Source: an uncultured virus (IMG/VR IMGVR_UViG_3300037067_016575) (lineage: Duplodnaviria; Heunggongvirae; Uroviricota; Caudoviricetes). From it: 64,000 nucleotides of DNA. Position numbers and translations under genes: made by a program. The notes under the pieces are model-generated. The model had not been told where the DNA came from and did not search any database. It worked only from the letters and a program-made list of their open reading frames with translations. The stretch is taken from the IMG/VR virus record IMGVR_UViG_3300037067_016575, one strand, 5' to 3'. Below, one piece after another: positions 11,461 to 22,536 of this stretch. The number at the start of each line of letters is the position of its first letter. Position 1 is the first letter of the stretch.

Positions 11461-11961
11461 AAATTATTATTTTTTAGTATCCGGTTTAAACTGCCGACAA
11501 TACCGGCACACGGCAATATATCCGTGATTGCGGAGATGTGTTTTATATTTGTGAAGTAAGGCCGGATCGTTTGATACTTCGTCGCTGATACGAATATCAA
11601 CGCATTTCCAATTATCTTCTGGGGTTATGCGGAAATCTTTCCCAATACACCGCCCCCACATACCCACCGTTTGTGACCAGTCGTCACCATTACTATCTTT
11701 ATTACTGGTTACCGGGTTTATATTTCCACCCACCACATTTGAGGGTTTCTGGATTTCAAACGGTTCTTTTTTATCACACCACGGGCATACCCACTCCTGC
11801 TTGAATTGTTCTCCGGGAATAGGTTTGAGTAACATATACTGTCCACATGTACATTTCTTCTTATCGTCTGTCATAGTTTAATACACCTCGATTTCTTCTG
11901 AATTTTCTGTTGTTAATAGATGATATCCCCGCGAGTGTGGCAGCGTGTTTCATCTGCCATG

Positions 11962-12675
11962 TTACTTCCTGCAACTCCTAGAAATACCGTAGAAATCCCG
12001 TTCGTAGTAACCCCGTAATCTCCATTCGTTCGTGTGGGGGATAAACACCTGTCTTCTTGGGATCTCCGTGGAAAGTTCTTTTTTTTTAATTGTTTTCTTT
12101 GCAGGAGTTTTCTTCTTGGCTTTTGGTTTAGGGTTTGTCGTTTTCTTCGTCTTTGTTTTTTCTGCGGGTTTCGTTTGTGCTCCTTTATTCTGGTCTTCCG
12201 GGGGGTTTTCGAGAATTACAATATCTATATTCGCAAACCGATCTGCTGAGGGATGTTGTTTCGTGCCATCGTCGATAACGGGGTTCTTGTAATACGTGAA
12301 AAATCCTTTGTCGAATTTATCTTCATATTCCTTAATCGTATCCTTTAATTCCCTGATTTTGTTCTTGTTCTTTGTCAATACGGTATTTGTTTTTAATATA
12401 AGGTTTTTTTGGTCAAAGATCGTTTCACCTAACTCCTCTATTTTACTAGATAACGTCATCTCTTTTTTACGCAGGGTAGTTATTTGCATTTTTAAGGTTT
12501 TTATTTCTTCTTTTGCTTTTTCGAGTTCTACAAGTTGCCCTGCCGGCGTGGTCTTTTTTAATTTCTCGACTTCTTTTTTTGCCCGTTCTTCGCGTTTATT
12601 GGCGGATTCAACCCGTTTAAATGCCGCATAGAGAAAGTCTTTTTCGTGATCTCCCCAAATACCACCATATGACAT
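11962..12675 (-). CDS. coiled-coil protein with internal RF tag (DRFANIDIV) and Lys-rich tail
   Basis: Start moved to the ATG after the GGAGGTGG SD. Confidence 0.7.
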   Translation of the reverse strand: MSYGGIWGDHEKDFLYAAFKRVESANKREERAKKEVEKLKKTTPAGQLVELEKAKEEIKTLKMQITTLRKKEMTLSSKIEELGETIFDQKNLILKTNTVLTKNKNKIRELKDTIKEYEDKFDKGFFTYYKNPVIDDGTKQHPSADRFANIDIVILENPPEDQNKGAQTKPAEKTKTKKTTNPKPKAKKKTPAKKTIKKKELSTEIPRRQVFIPHTNEWRLRGYYERDFYGISRSCRK

Positions 12676-12697
12676 ATTACCACCTCCTTTTTGTTTA

Positions 12698-13024
12698 TTA
12701 TACAATATCTATTTCTGAAAACCGATTTGGTTTGTTTAATTTCTTTACCTTGTTTGACTTACCACGATTCATCTTTTTTAAATCGTCTATTATTGCTTGC
12801 GAGACCAATCCTTGTTTGAGTTGATTATATACCTCATTTAAATTTATCCCTCTCCAATGAGCGCATTTGATACAACACTTCTCTTTTTGATCTCCGGTAT
12901 ATGAAATGCACACGTTCGATTCATTGAAACAAAATGATGAAAGTTTTGGGATGTCTGATTCTGCATCTATATCATGTAACAGACAATGCCCTTTAACTAA
13001 TAATATGAAATTTATTTTTTCCAT
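12698..13024 (-). CDS. CxxC-xHW family protein with terminal RF tag (NRFSEIDIV*)
   Basis: CCIKCAHWRGIN. Confidence 0.75.
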   Translation of the reverse strand: MEKINFILLVKGHCLLHDIDAESDIPKLSSFCFNESNVCISYTGDQKEKCCIKCAHWRGINLNEVYNQLKQGLVSQAIIDDLKKMNRGKSNKVKKLNKPNRFSEIDIV

Positions 13025-13044
13025 ATCCCCATCACCTCATAAAA

Positions 13045-13081
13045 TACTTTTATTCCCCCTTCTCGAAGGGGAATAAAAGTA
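13045..13081. terminator. long intergenic inverted repeat (hairpin)
   Basis: tacttttattcccc(c)ttc-tc-gaaggggaataaaagta. Confidence 0.5.
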
Positions 13082-13833
13082 GATTCAATTATTTAAGCGA
13101 CTGGACGCTTACTTTAATCCTTATCTATAAAGTCCTGAATGTCTACTAGATGTCCTTCTCTCTTCACATATTTTGGGGGAACGTATGTGTTCGCCTTATG
13201 ATATGAATAATATGCATATGCAATCAGGAAAATTCCTGTTACTACCAGCACAACTCTTCCTACGGTGTCTGTATCTTTTGTAAACAGCATGAGGATCAGA
13301 CAAATTACCCCAATGCCTGCAATAATGTTTTGTCCTGCCATGTTTTTTTCACCTCGTGAATATGTTAAGTTGTTCGGTTAATGTTACTTCTGACTCCCCA
13401 AAAAGTGTTTTCTTGAGGAATGTTACTGTAACCACGCCCGGTATGTCATCGTTAACTATACTTTCGTGTTTTAAGAACACTTGAGTCACTCGTTCTTCTC
13501 CGGGCGGGACTTCAACTTCCCGTGTGTATTCCCCGTAATTATGTTCCGTATCATCCACTGATATACAGAGTGGAAACAGACTTAAAAATGTGAGTTTGCA
13601 GGTAATTGGATACTTAAAGGGATTTTTGATCAGAATGGTTGTTGAACATTCGTTTTCCGAATAATAATCCTCATAAACTGCAAACTTTTTTGGGTTTACT
13701 GTAAGGATACCATTGTTGTTCAGTAATCCCATTAATGAACCCCCCTTAATCGGATTTTTATATTTAAATACATTATATAACCAATTACTCCCACAAATAA
13801 CATCCAACCAAAACCCTCAAGAGTCATGGTATC

Positions 13834-14463
13834 TTATACAGGAATTACTCCATATACAAACGCGAGAATTACCAGTGATGCCGCAATTACACCAAGGTAA
13901 ATCTTGATGTTCCACTTACTCACGTTTGCTCCATCAAGGGGTTCAATGGGAATCATATTGAACAGTGCCAGAAATGCGTTGACGGTTACACCCGATATCC
14001 CGATAACCGACAGAATACTTGACGGATCAATGAATTTGCCGTAGAGAAACAGTAGTCCAAACGGGATACAAAGGATCAGATTTACCAGAACCCCGGCTAC
14101 TTTAACCCACCCGATTTGGTCTCGGTTTAAGTTCCCTCGCGCATATGCAGCACCGGGAGCTGCAAAACAGACCCCGAATACCGAAACTACGAGTCCGATC
14201 AGTAACATCTTCCCATCTTTCCGGAACTCTGACCAACACCCGTATTTTATTGCGGTAAATTTGTGCGCCATCTCATGTAGGATAAAACCGATCCCTACAG
14301 TTACAAGCGCGATACAGACTGTTTTAATCACTCCCACAACATCCGAAAACCCGTGGATGATGGAGGGCATTGAAAAGATCGCTGCGATTGCGAGCCATGC
14401 AATAATAAGATCGGTCTCTTCGACTTTGCTTACTCTGCTTAACATATCGTGAAATGATGTCAT
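13834..14463 (-). CDS. site-2 protease, M50 family membrane Zn metalloprotease
   Basis: HEMAH within a TM segment and NMIPIEPLDG (NxxPxxxLDG). Confidence 0.9.
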   Translation of the reverse strand: MTSFHDMLSRVSKVEETDLIIAWLAIAAIFSMPSIIHGFSDVVGVIKTVCIALVTVGIGFILHEMAHKFTAIKYGCWSEFRKDGKMLLIGLVVSVFGVCFAAPGAAYARGNLNRDQIGWVKVAGVLVNLILCIPFGLLFLYGKFIDPSSILSVIGISGVTVNAFLALFNMIPIEPLDGANVSKWNIKIYLGVIAASLVILAFVYGVIPV

Positions 14464-14941
14464 ATTATTTTAACTCCTTTTTTCTTATTCTTTTCCTGCC
14501 ATAACATTCTCGTATTCTGATGAACGAAGATGTCGTTTGATCCAGTGATCGGCAAGTTTTGTATCGATTAGTTGTTTCCATGCTTCCGGGAAAGTTACAT
14601 TATCTCTCGCCATCTTCGCACGGAACCGTTCTGACCATGCACCATGTACTTGCATATGCAGATACCCTTTCATATGCTCCGTGTTCATTGGGTCGATATA
14701 ATCAACAATACTTATGGGGTCTTTCTTAATTTCAATCGGGGGATCTGACTTAGGTTTTTTTGATTGTTCATACTCCCTTAAAATTTCCCCAATTAAGATT
14801 TCCTCTGCTTTGGCTTCCCTCCATTCCGGGATTTCCATGTAATTCCCTTTGTGGCTTTCTATTGCATCCCACGTTTTCTTATGGATTTTGTCTGACATTT
14901 CTTTTAATTTGTTGTAAAAGTCATCGTTGTTTTCCATTTTA

Positions 14942-15634
14942 TTACCTCCCTCGCCGCCTTTGTTTTTTGCTTAAATAATACTCTGCCGGGTTATCGACGT
15001 TGATTATAGCTAATTTCCCCCCGCAATCACACATAACTAGGTTGTTATGGAATTGTGGGACGACGGGTTTGTTATTGCCGATAACTAACTTTACCGTAGT
15101 ATGACCAACAAAGACCTTATTATACCCCGGAACCGGCTGTTTTTTTGCATAGAACACAAGATCGCGATCCCACATAATATCCTCAGGATCTTGTGATTCA
15201 ATTGGAACACCGGGTTTGAAACCCCCATGCACAAATATCCGGTTCTGATCGTCGATGTAATATAAAACCTGATTGTTGAAGAACTGTTTATGGGATTCGG
15301 GAATATTTGACACGTTGTAATCGTAAGATCTCATTGTGGCATTTCCCCCTTGATCCTGCCAAATATAGTTCACGTAAAATGCGTTATTAGGGTCTGAGTT
15401 CATCCAACCCATAAACCACGAACAGTGATTCCCACGTACATCAATACGATCCTTGATCTGTAATAACCTGTCAATACACTCTTTCGTGTGATCTCCGCCA
15501 TCGACGATATCCCCTAAAGTAATCAGACGATCTTTATCGTCGTTAAAATCCGCTTTCGCAAGGACTTCGTTTAGTGCGGATAATCTGCCGTGAATGTCAC
15601 CGATACAAAAACATCTCTTCATAATATCACTCAC
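14942..15634 (-). CDS. calcineurin-like metallophosphoesterase (phage Ser/Thr phosphatase-like)
   Basis: GDIHG, LGDIVDGG, RGNH, FVHGG, GHT motifs. Confidence 0.9.
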   Translation of the reverse strand: MSDIMKRCFCIGDIHGRLSALNEVLAKADFNDDKDRLITLGDIVDGGDHTKECIDRLLQIKDRIDVRGNHCSWFMGWMNSDPNNAFYVNYIWQDQGGNATMRSYDYNVSNIPESHKQFFNNQVLYYIDDQNRIFVHGGFKPGVPIESQDPEDIMWDRDLVFYAKKQPVPGYNKVFVGHTTVKLVIGNNKPVVPQFHNNLVMCDCGGKLAIINVDNPAEYYLSKKQRRRGR

Positions 15635-16083
15635 TAAATCACATCGATATCCGCAAACCTGTGATATGGCGGCACCGGTAATCTCTCTGGTACTAATTTT
15701 CCAGACCTCGTGTGTTTTCTACTATCTGGCACAACCTTAACAACCTGTCTTGTGGATAACTCAATCCCCCGTGGATCGCAATTGGGGATCACAAATTCCT
15801 TTTTACTCCCCGTGAATACAATTGCCCGGTATTCGCCTTTATACCACCTAGATGAATAGGCAATAAAATTTTCTGGTGTTTCCGTCCATCCGCAACTCAT
15901 ACGATCTTTTTCAGAGCGGTGTATATTTTTTGTACTTAAACCCCTCCGCACATAACTGATACTTTCATCATCAATTCCATTTTCACGGAGAAATTTAATT
16001 ACATCTTTGATGATATGAAATTGGTATACCCCAGTACATGTTTTTGCATTCTCTGGGTTTAACCACTCTTTATTATTTGCCAT
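15634..16083 (-). CDS. hypothetical protein with terminal RF tag (HRFADIDVI*)
   Basis: ORF track; tag. Confidence 0.75.
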   Translation of the reverse strand: MANNKEWLNPENAKTCTGVYQFHIIKDVIKFLRENGIDDESISYVRRGLSTKNIHRSEKDRMSCGWTETPENFIAYSSRWYKGEYRAIVFTGSKKEFVIPNCDPRGIELSTRQVVKVVPDSRKHTRSGKLVPERLPVPPYHRFADIDVI

Positions 16084-16103
16084 AATTTTTCCCCTGTTTT
16101 ATA

Positions 16104-16253
16104 TGGAGATGAATGGATTCGAACCAGACAGGCGTTTCCGCTCCCAAGTGACTTTTCATTATAGAGTTTACTCAATCATTTACGTATCAGCTATGTACAT
16201 CTTGCACGATACAAAATGATTTTTCTCCGGGTTATAATTACTCGTTCATCCCC
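16104..16253 (-). ncRNA. tRNA-like structured RNA (150 nt), non-canonical
   Basis: GGGGATGAA/TTCATCTCC-A acceptor-like stem, TGG-TTCGAAT-CCA T-loop, GCG-GAAA-CGC hairpin; fills an ORF-free gap. Confidence 0.55.
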
Positions 16254-17760
16254 AAAAATTAATTTGGTTTGTTATTTCACATCTTTCTCGAACTCTGCCA
16301 GAATGTCATTGGTGACACAAGAACATACATCGTGCCACATGGTTTTTTCTGTATCCGGACTATGACTATTTGTATTTTCCAGTGCTGCTTTTAGGCGGCT
16401 TTCGCTAAATGTGTGCAACCCAAATTCTTCAATGAGTGCCACCATTTCTTCAACCGTTTCAATATTGTCTACAACCTCGTAGATTTTTGAATATGTATCT
16501 CCTTTAATACATGAGATCTGTTGTAGATCGTATTTGATCTTTTTTTCACGGTCGTTTTTTTCTTTTAACATTGAACGAATTTCGTGTTTTAACTGTTCAT
16601 CCATTATTCTCCACCTCGATTTATTTTAGTTCTGCTGCTGATGAAATTATTCTTTGATTTATCAGTATCGAACCCTCGTACCATGTAATTTTATATGTGT
16701 GCCACATCTGTATTTTCCTAAACGCACTTGGTTCAACATACCATAATCGGCCATTTGAATCCCATATCTGATTCGTATCAACTGTATCAAATCCTGATTG
16801 TTTCGCGGCTACTTTAATCGTTGAAGTGTGGATCTTATTTGTTGATTCTGCGTTGGATTTTTCTTCTGCATGTATTGCAAAACCCATTATAACCAGACAC
16901 GCTAGAACGAGAGATGCAAGCACATATGAATTGTTGTATATGCCGGTTGTGGTATTTTGAGACATAACTATCACTCCACTTTACGAGATAGAATCTCATC
17001 AATTTCATTCTGTGTATATCCAACACCCTGCATATTTTTTACATGCTGCTTTGTGAAGACTTCCGGTATATGTCCATACTGATACGAATTCACCCTTAAT
17101 ACAATAGTTTTAAGGGTGAATTGAAAACACCATTTATACGACCATGTGTTTTTATCGAACGTACACAATGGTAACGGGGTGTCGATTTCTTTATACTGGC
17201 AAAACCGGATCAGCCAGCGCCAATACTTGATTTCAACACCCCACTTAAAGAAAAATGAATTCCGATAGAATGAAATGAGTTTTGGTTTATAATTCATAAT
17301 TAGATCTCCTTGTTTAATATTTGTTGTGCATTACAACATCCGTTCCAGCGAACTGGTTGTCTGGTTTTATTTTTTCGGCTGGTTGGGGGAGTTCATATAT
17401 TCATAAAACTTCTTTGCATCTTCTCCGTGCAGAATTCCGAACTCGTCCATGACTTTTTTACGTTCATCTTTTCGGATCTCGGCATTATGCTCACTTAAAC
17501 TAATGATTTGCTCTGGGTGATCGGGCAGGGTATAATGAAACCCATCTCGTTCAATACGATGGGGGATCTCCGCACAGTATTTTGGTGTTTGCTGGCTCAC
17601 TGCGCCACGGGCACGGATCTCTCGGATATCCATTTCTCTTATAAACCTAAACTCGTCGTCTGGCGTATCAAGGATTAATCCTTCATATCTCTTCAATGCA
17701 CACTCACTGATAAGAAACATAGTCTCATTAATATTACCGATATTTACCATCTTACCTCCA

Positions 17761-18357
17761 TCAGTTGCATTGGTGTCTTACACTTGGATTACGCTGTTTT
17801 TCACTCCATTTCATCAGGCAATAGGTTGTGATTATGCCACCTGCAATAGCCAGCACAACCAACAGGATCATTACCAAAAGACCTTTACCCTTTGCATCCC
17901 CGCCACCTTTCAGTAACCCACCTACGTTTTTGAGTGCACTGGGAAGGGTCGTAAAGGCCGACCACGCGTTCGAAATCATCGCAAACGTGTTCCAGCCAGC
18001 GATAAGGATATTCCAGATAGAACGTGTTCTAAACGCCATTACAAGCGATTGTATCCACATTACCAATCCTGCACCGAGAACCGGGAAGATGATAAGGATA
18101 TATCCAAGTTCAAGAGATCCCTGAACATAGATCGGATCAAGGAACCCTGTTGCTCCTGCGAGTAATACTATCACGATAAGATAGCACCACGTGAACCCGG
18201 CAACTGCCATTATGACGACAGACCAGATCACCAGTTTCATCCACCCTTCGGGTCGTTCACTCCACACTCTTCCGGCTCCGATAGCGTTGAACGTGCTGAT
18301 ACCGAAATTCAGTATCCAAACCCCGATTAATAGGATAAGACCCAACCAATCACTCAT
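17761..18357 (-). CDS. multi-pass membrane protein
   Basis: About five hydrophobic segments; start at MSDW after GGTGA SD. Confidence 0.75.
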   Translation of the reverse strand: MSDWLGLILLIGVWILNFGISTFNAIGAGRVWSERPEGWMKLVIWSVVIMAVAGFTWCYLIVIVLLAGATGFLDPIYVQGSLELGYILIIFPVLGAGLVMWIQSLVMAFRTRSIWNILIAGWNTFAMISNAWSAFTTLPSALKNVGGLLKGGGDAKGKGLLVMILLVVLAIAGGIITTYCLMKWSEKQRNPSVRHQCN

Positions 18358-19874
18358 ATCTTCACCTTTTGTTTTTTGGATTCCCGTCCGATTCATCGAT
18401 TGCTAGTTGGATGGGATCGTTCGACTTGATTATATCGATGACCCGTGCCTGTTCAATCTCGTTACCCCATTTATCGAAGATATGTTTAACCACACCGATA
18501 AATATTCCGTTCTGGATAACAACGATCCCTTCATGGGCGATATACATCCCATCCGGAATTTCTGTGTAATCGCCAACCTTAAACTTTTTTAAAGAGAGGT
18601 CGCCAACTTTGATCTGGCACTCCTCGTACGTGTTGAAAAGACTCATAGTTCACTTCACCTTCTTTTTGTTCTCTGGTAGTTCAGGACACCAATCCGGAAT
18701 ATACCTAATTTCACTTGACATTGTTTCGCGTTTCCGTTCAATGTAAGTTACTGCCATGCTACAGAAATGTTCGGAGTTGTCGTCGTAAACTTCCTCTTCT
18801 TTATGCCACGGACACTGTTCACATGAGGTTACACTGATAGTAAACCCGCGTTTGCGATTGATTTTGCCTTTTTTGAATTTATGGCATTTAAGGACGGTCG
18901 CTTGGAATGCAAGGCTGCGGAAATAGGTGTAGTAACCCAAGATAAGGTCTCTGGAATACAGGATGTTGTATCTTTGGATTGGGGTAAACCTCGGGCAATT
19001 CTCAATCTCCGTACATGATTCACAGAGAAATACTTTATTTTTAGTATCTCCCTTTGCACCATATAACTCACGGATTTGATCTAACGTCGCTGGATAGATA
19101 TTAACATCCTTACGATGCTTGCGAGGAAATGGCGTTTTCAACGTATCGATGACCTTTTTAACCTGATCTTCTGTGCAGTGATGCATAGTGGCATACGTCG
19201 GCATTCCGTTTTTTTGGATGAAACCTTGCCGTTCGCGATAGTTAACTACGAGATATTGTTTGTCTTTTTCAATCTCGTAAACATCACACGGAATCTCCGG
19301 GTTCGGTTGATACATTTTTTCCATCGCCATCGTCGTCATCCCCCCTGTTTTTTGAAATCTGGGTGTCGTCAAACCCGAGCATTGTATTTCTCTGAACGAA
19401 ATAATGTTCTTCATTACCTTCGTCGTCACCGATAGGGTTCGGGAACCCATATCTCACGGCAATTGCTTTATATAAGGGCAGACCATACAGGGCATCTAAA
19501 TTCTTTTTCGCCCGTTTCTGCAACAACTCTTTGTCCTCAAGTAGATCAGTATATATGTATAAAGCCTGACGCATCCATGCAGCAGAAGTACCCCTGTGAG
19601 TTAACCCGAATTCAAATCCTATCCGGGTCATTTCTTTCATCTGTTCAATGACGTTTGCTTCCGTCCACTCTTTAATGACACGGATATCCTCTCCGTTTTC
19701 GTCGTAGGCTTGAACGCAATAATTGATTTCCTCACATACACTTGTAGGAACGAACATCACGAAATACTTCATGATCTCTTTGTGAATTCGATTGTCCTTT
19801 ACCTGTGCAATAAACTCTTCGTGTGATTTCATGATGATTCCCTTAACTTTCTGAATTCTTCCGGATGTTTTTCT

Positions 19875-21260
19875 GTGAACTACCCCGCCGTAAACGGCGT
19901 GGCTTCCTGAGAGTGTACTGGAATGTCCAGACCTGTTTTTCTCAGATTATCGGTGAAGTGCCGATAGCCAGTCCACATGGCATTCGACGATAGGAACCGT
20001 ACCATGATATTGACCGCTGAATTACAGTCTCGATCTAAGTCGTTTCCACAATCGCATTTCATAACACGATCTTTGACGGTCATATCTGTATGAATTTTTC
20101 CACACTTACAGCACGTCTTGCTCGTGTTTCGTTCACTAATTTCTATTACTTTCTTACCTCTCATCGCTGCTTTATAGGTTAGAAATCCCGTGAACCTCGC
20201 AAGGTATCCGGTTCCTTGCGTTGACCTGTTCATCCCTCTCTTCGCTTTCTTCGACATCCCTTTCTGGGGTTTCGACTGCGGCATACTCTTCACATCAAGA
20301 TCACCGACTATTATTGTGTTAGCCTTTGTGTTCTCAACGATCATCTTCGAGGTCTTATGCTGGAAATCCTTAATCTGGTTACTCCGTTTTCTCTCGAATT
20401 TCCGTTTGATATTGTTCAAGTGTACCCATTGCCGACTGCTCGGCCGGCAATTCGTTTTCGTATGTTTTATACAACGATCTCTACGGCTCGTGATCTTGTC
20501 AATCGTTTTGTTCCAATACAAGTCCGGCCTCGCATTGTATACCTCAAAAAACTTCCCCGCTGTATTCACAGCCGTCTGTTTTGTGATGCCTAAATCAAAC
20601 GCCTGATACAACCCGTTGTCGTGATATTCCGGTGGCGTTATCTCGTCCACTATCGACAGATACCATTTTCCTTCATTGTAGTGGATTTCAACCTGTTTCA
20701 CATCCGTGAACTTCGCATACGGTGTTATCGAAAACGCGAGGTCTGCCCCTCCCTTGACCTTATGCGATAGGGTTACTTCTTCGTTGGTTACCTTGAACCC
20801 ACACTGGTTATATTTCATCGTGAAGAAATATTTCCTACCCCGAAATCCCGGAGGTCGTGCTTCCGGATCTACTTTTATCAGCGCGAAAAACGATTTGTAG
20901 TTCGCATCCAGCGTCTTCAACGACATCTGCAAGACTTTACTATTGACCTGCTTATATTCCGGATACTGATCTTTTATATTAGGTAATTTGTTCTGCTGAT
21001 CTACATACGATACCGATTTCTGTTCCCGTTCCCATCTCTCCTGCCGCTCAGCTAACGCAAAGTTATATATTAACCGACACCGGTTAGATAATACCCATAA
21101 GGTATCTTCCTGTTCCTCTGTCGGGTATATCCTGACCTTCCTCGTTAACTGCATTCTTATACTCAGTCCACCATTCCGTTTATATTCTTTCTGTTAGTTC
21201 CGGGAATATTATATCGCATTCATCCCCACCTTGAACAATGGGGAATTCTGCTCGCACATG
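19875..21260 (-). mobile_element. complete IS605/IS1341-type tnpB-only element (copy 2)
   Basis: TTTAA target at 21261-21265; left-end hairpin; right-end hairpin CGCCGTTTACGGCG followed by GGGTAGTTCAC; no tnpA inside. Confidence 0.9.
19880..21154 (-). CDS. tnpB: TnpB RNA-guided endonuclease
   Basis: N-terminal RIYPT HTH, RuvC-I AFDLG, Zn finger CCKCG..CDCG, RuvC-III DRDCNSAVNI. Confidence 0.95.
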   Translation of the reverse strand: MQLTRKVRIYPTEEQEDTLWVLSNRCRLIYNFALAERQERWEREQKSVSYVDQQNKLPNIKDQYPEYKQVNSKVLQMSLKTLDANYKSFFALIKVDPEARPPGFRGRKYFFTMKYNQCGFKVTNEEVTLSHKVKGGADLAFSITPYAKFTDVKQVEIHYNEGKWYLSIVDEITPPEYHDNGLYQAFDLGITKQTAVNTAGKFFEVYNARPDLYWNKTIDKITSRRDRCIKHTKTNCRPSSRQWVHLNNIKRKFERKRSNQIKDFQHKTSKMIVENTKANTIIVGDLDVKSMPQSKPQKGMSKKAKRGMNRSTQGTGYLARFTGFLTYKAAMRGKKVIEISERNTSKTCCKCGKIHTDMTVKDRVMKCDCGNDLDRDCNSAVNIMVRFLSSNAMWTGYRHFTDNLRKTGLDIPVHSQEATPFTAG

Positions 21261-21424
21261 TTAAATTCAATTATTTCCATGAATGTTTCATCATATTCCG
21301 GCATAACAAATGTGAATGCGATCCACCCAAGGACTAGGCGTTTCATGGTTTCGCCGTTGCCGAAGTAAAATCCACCGTATTTTCCGATGCTAAAAACAAC
21401 ACTGAAACTCATTTTGTGTTCCAC
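21209..21424 (-). CDS. small protein whose 3' end is replaced by the IS left end
   Basis: Reading frame enters the IS at GAA TTT AA|C. Confidence 0.65.
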   Translation of the reverse strand: MEHKMSFSVVFSIGKYGGFYFGNGETMKRLVLGWIAFTFVMPEYDETFMEIIEFNMCEQNSPLFKVGMNAI

Positions 21425-22536
21425 TCCTTTTTTTTGTATAATGGGTTTAATGCTGCGGTATAATCCTCTGTGATTTCAAAATGTATTCTATCGTAATCAT
21501 CAGGATATTCTCTCATTAGTTGCTCTGCCCGAATTGTACTAATTAATTGACCGTTTTTTCCAGCAATGATTATACGGCGTATCTCTTGTTCGATTTCGTG
21601 AGGACACGCCATATTTATACCCCTGCTATCCTGCGCATTCTTTGATATTGCTTTAATGGTAGATCAAAACATTCCACATCTTCGTCGCCTTTCGCTTCGT
21701 TTAATAATGGACACATATGATCGTAAATAAAACTACATATGCCTGCGGGTTTGCCATCTATGGTAGTTACTTGGACTGAAAATGGACATTGGTGCGTCAT
21801 GGTAATAAACCTCCGACCTCGCATACTTTCTTGATTTCGTCGAGTTCAAGCTGAAAACAATCTGTTTTTGGTTCGTAGTCAAATGGACATCTTTCCTCGG
21901 ATATATTGAGGATCGTGCATTGTGACTCTACACGAGAGAGATCTTCGGAATATTCCGGGTGTGCATATGGACATACGAAATGTGGCCTGCTGGCAAATTC
22001 ATAACGTTCGATCTCTTTTTCATCTATGTATGAATTAACCTCATTTGATGACCATTGCACTTTTTTCTTGTGGTTCTTGTCACGATAGGCTGTATATGTG
22101 TTTCCGTCCCTTGTCAGGTCGTAAACTGTTTCATCGCATCCATTGACAAGATAAACAATATATTTCATGGTTTCACCTTCACGATTTCTGCAATTGTGTT
22201 TACAATACGTTCATGCGTATCGTATAGCCCTTTCTCATGTGCTTGTTTCCAATCCCATCCTAAAGAATCACGCATTTTCCGCAGATCTTTTTCAAGTTCC
22301 GGGAATTGTTTTTTTATGATGTTCATAGAGTGCGCATATCTTTTGGCACTTACAGATCCAACATACCTTTCGTCGATCCGGGTTGTTGTATTATCATCAT
22401 ACCAGTACACGATATATTCATGTAATGAAGACCCTGCGGCATTCGTGCTGACACAAATAACCTCGTTTACCACACCGGTTTTTGAGGGGTTTTTATAGAG
22501 ATATACTTCATCTCCCACTTCGTTTCCTGCCATAAA

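Noticed and set aside
16104..16253. tmRNA encoding the RF tag
   Set aside because: Too short, no tag reading frame found, and the tags are already encoded in the genes
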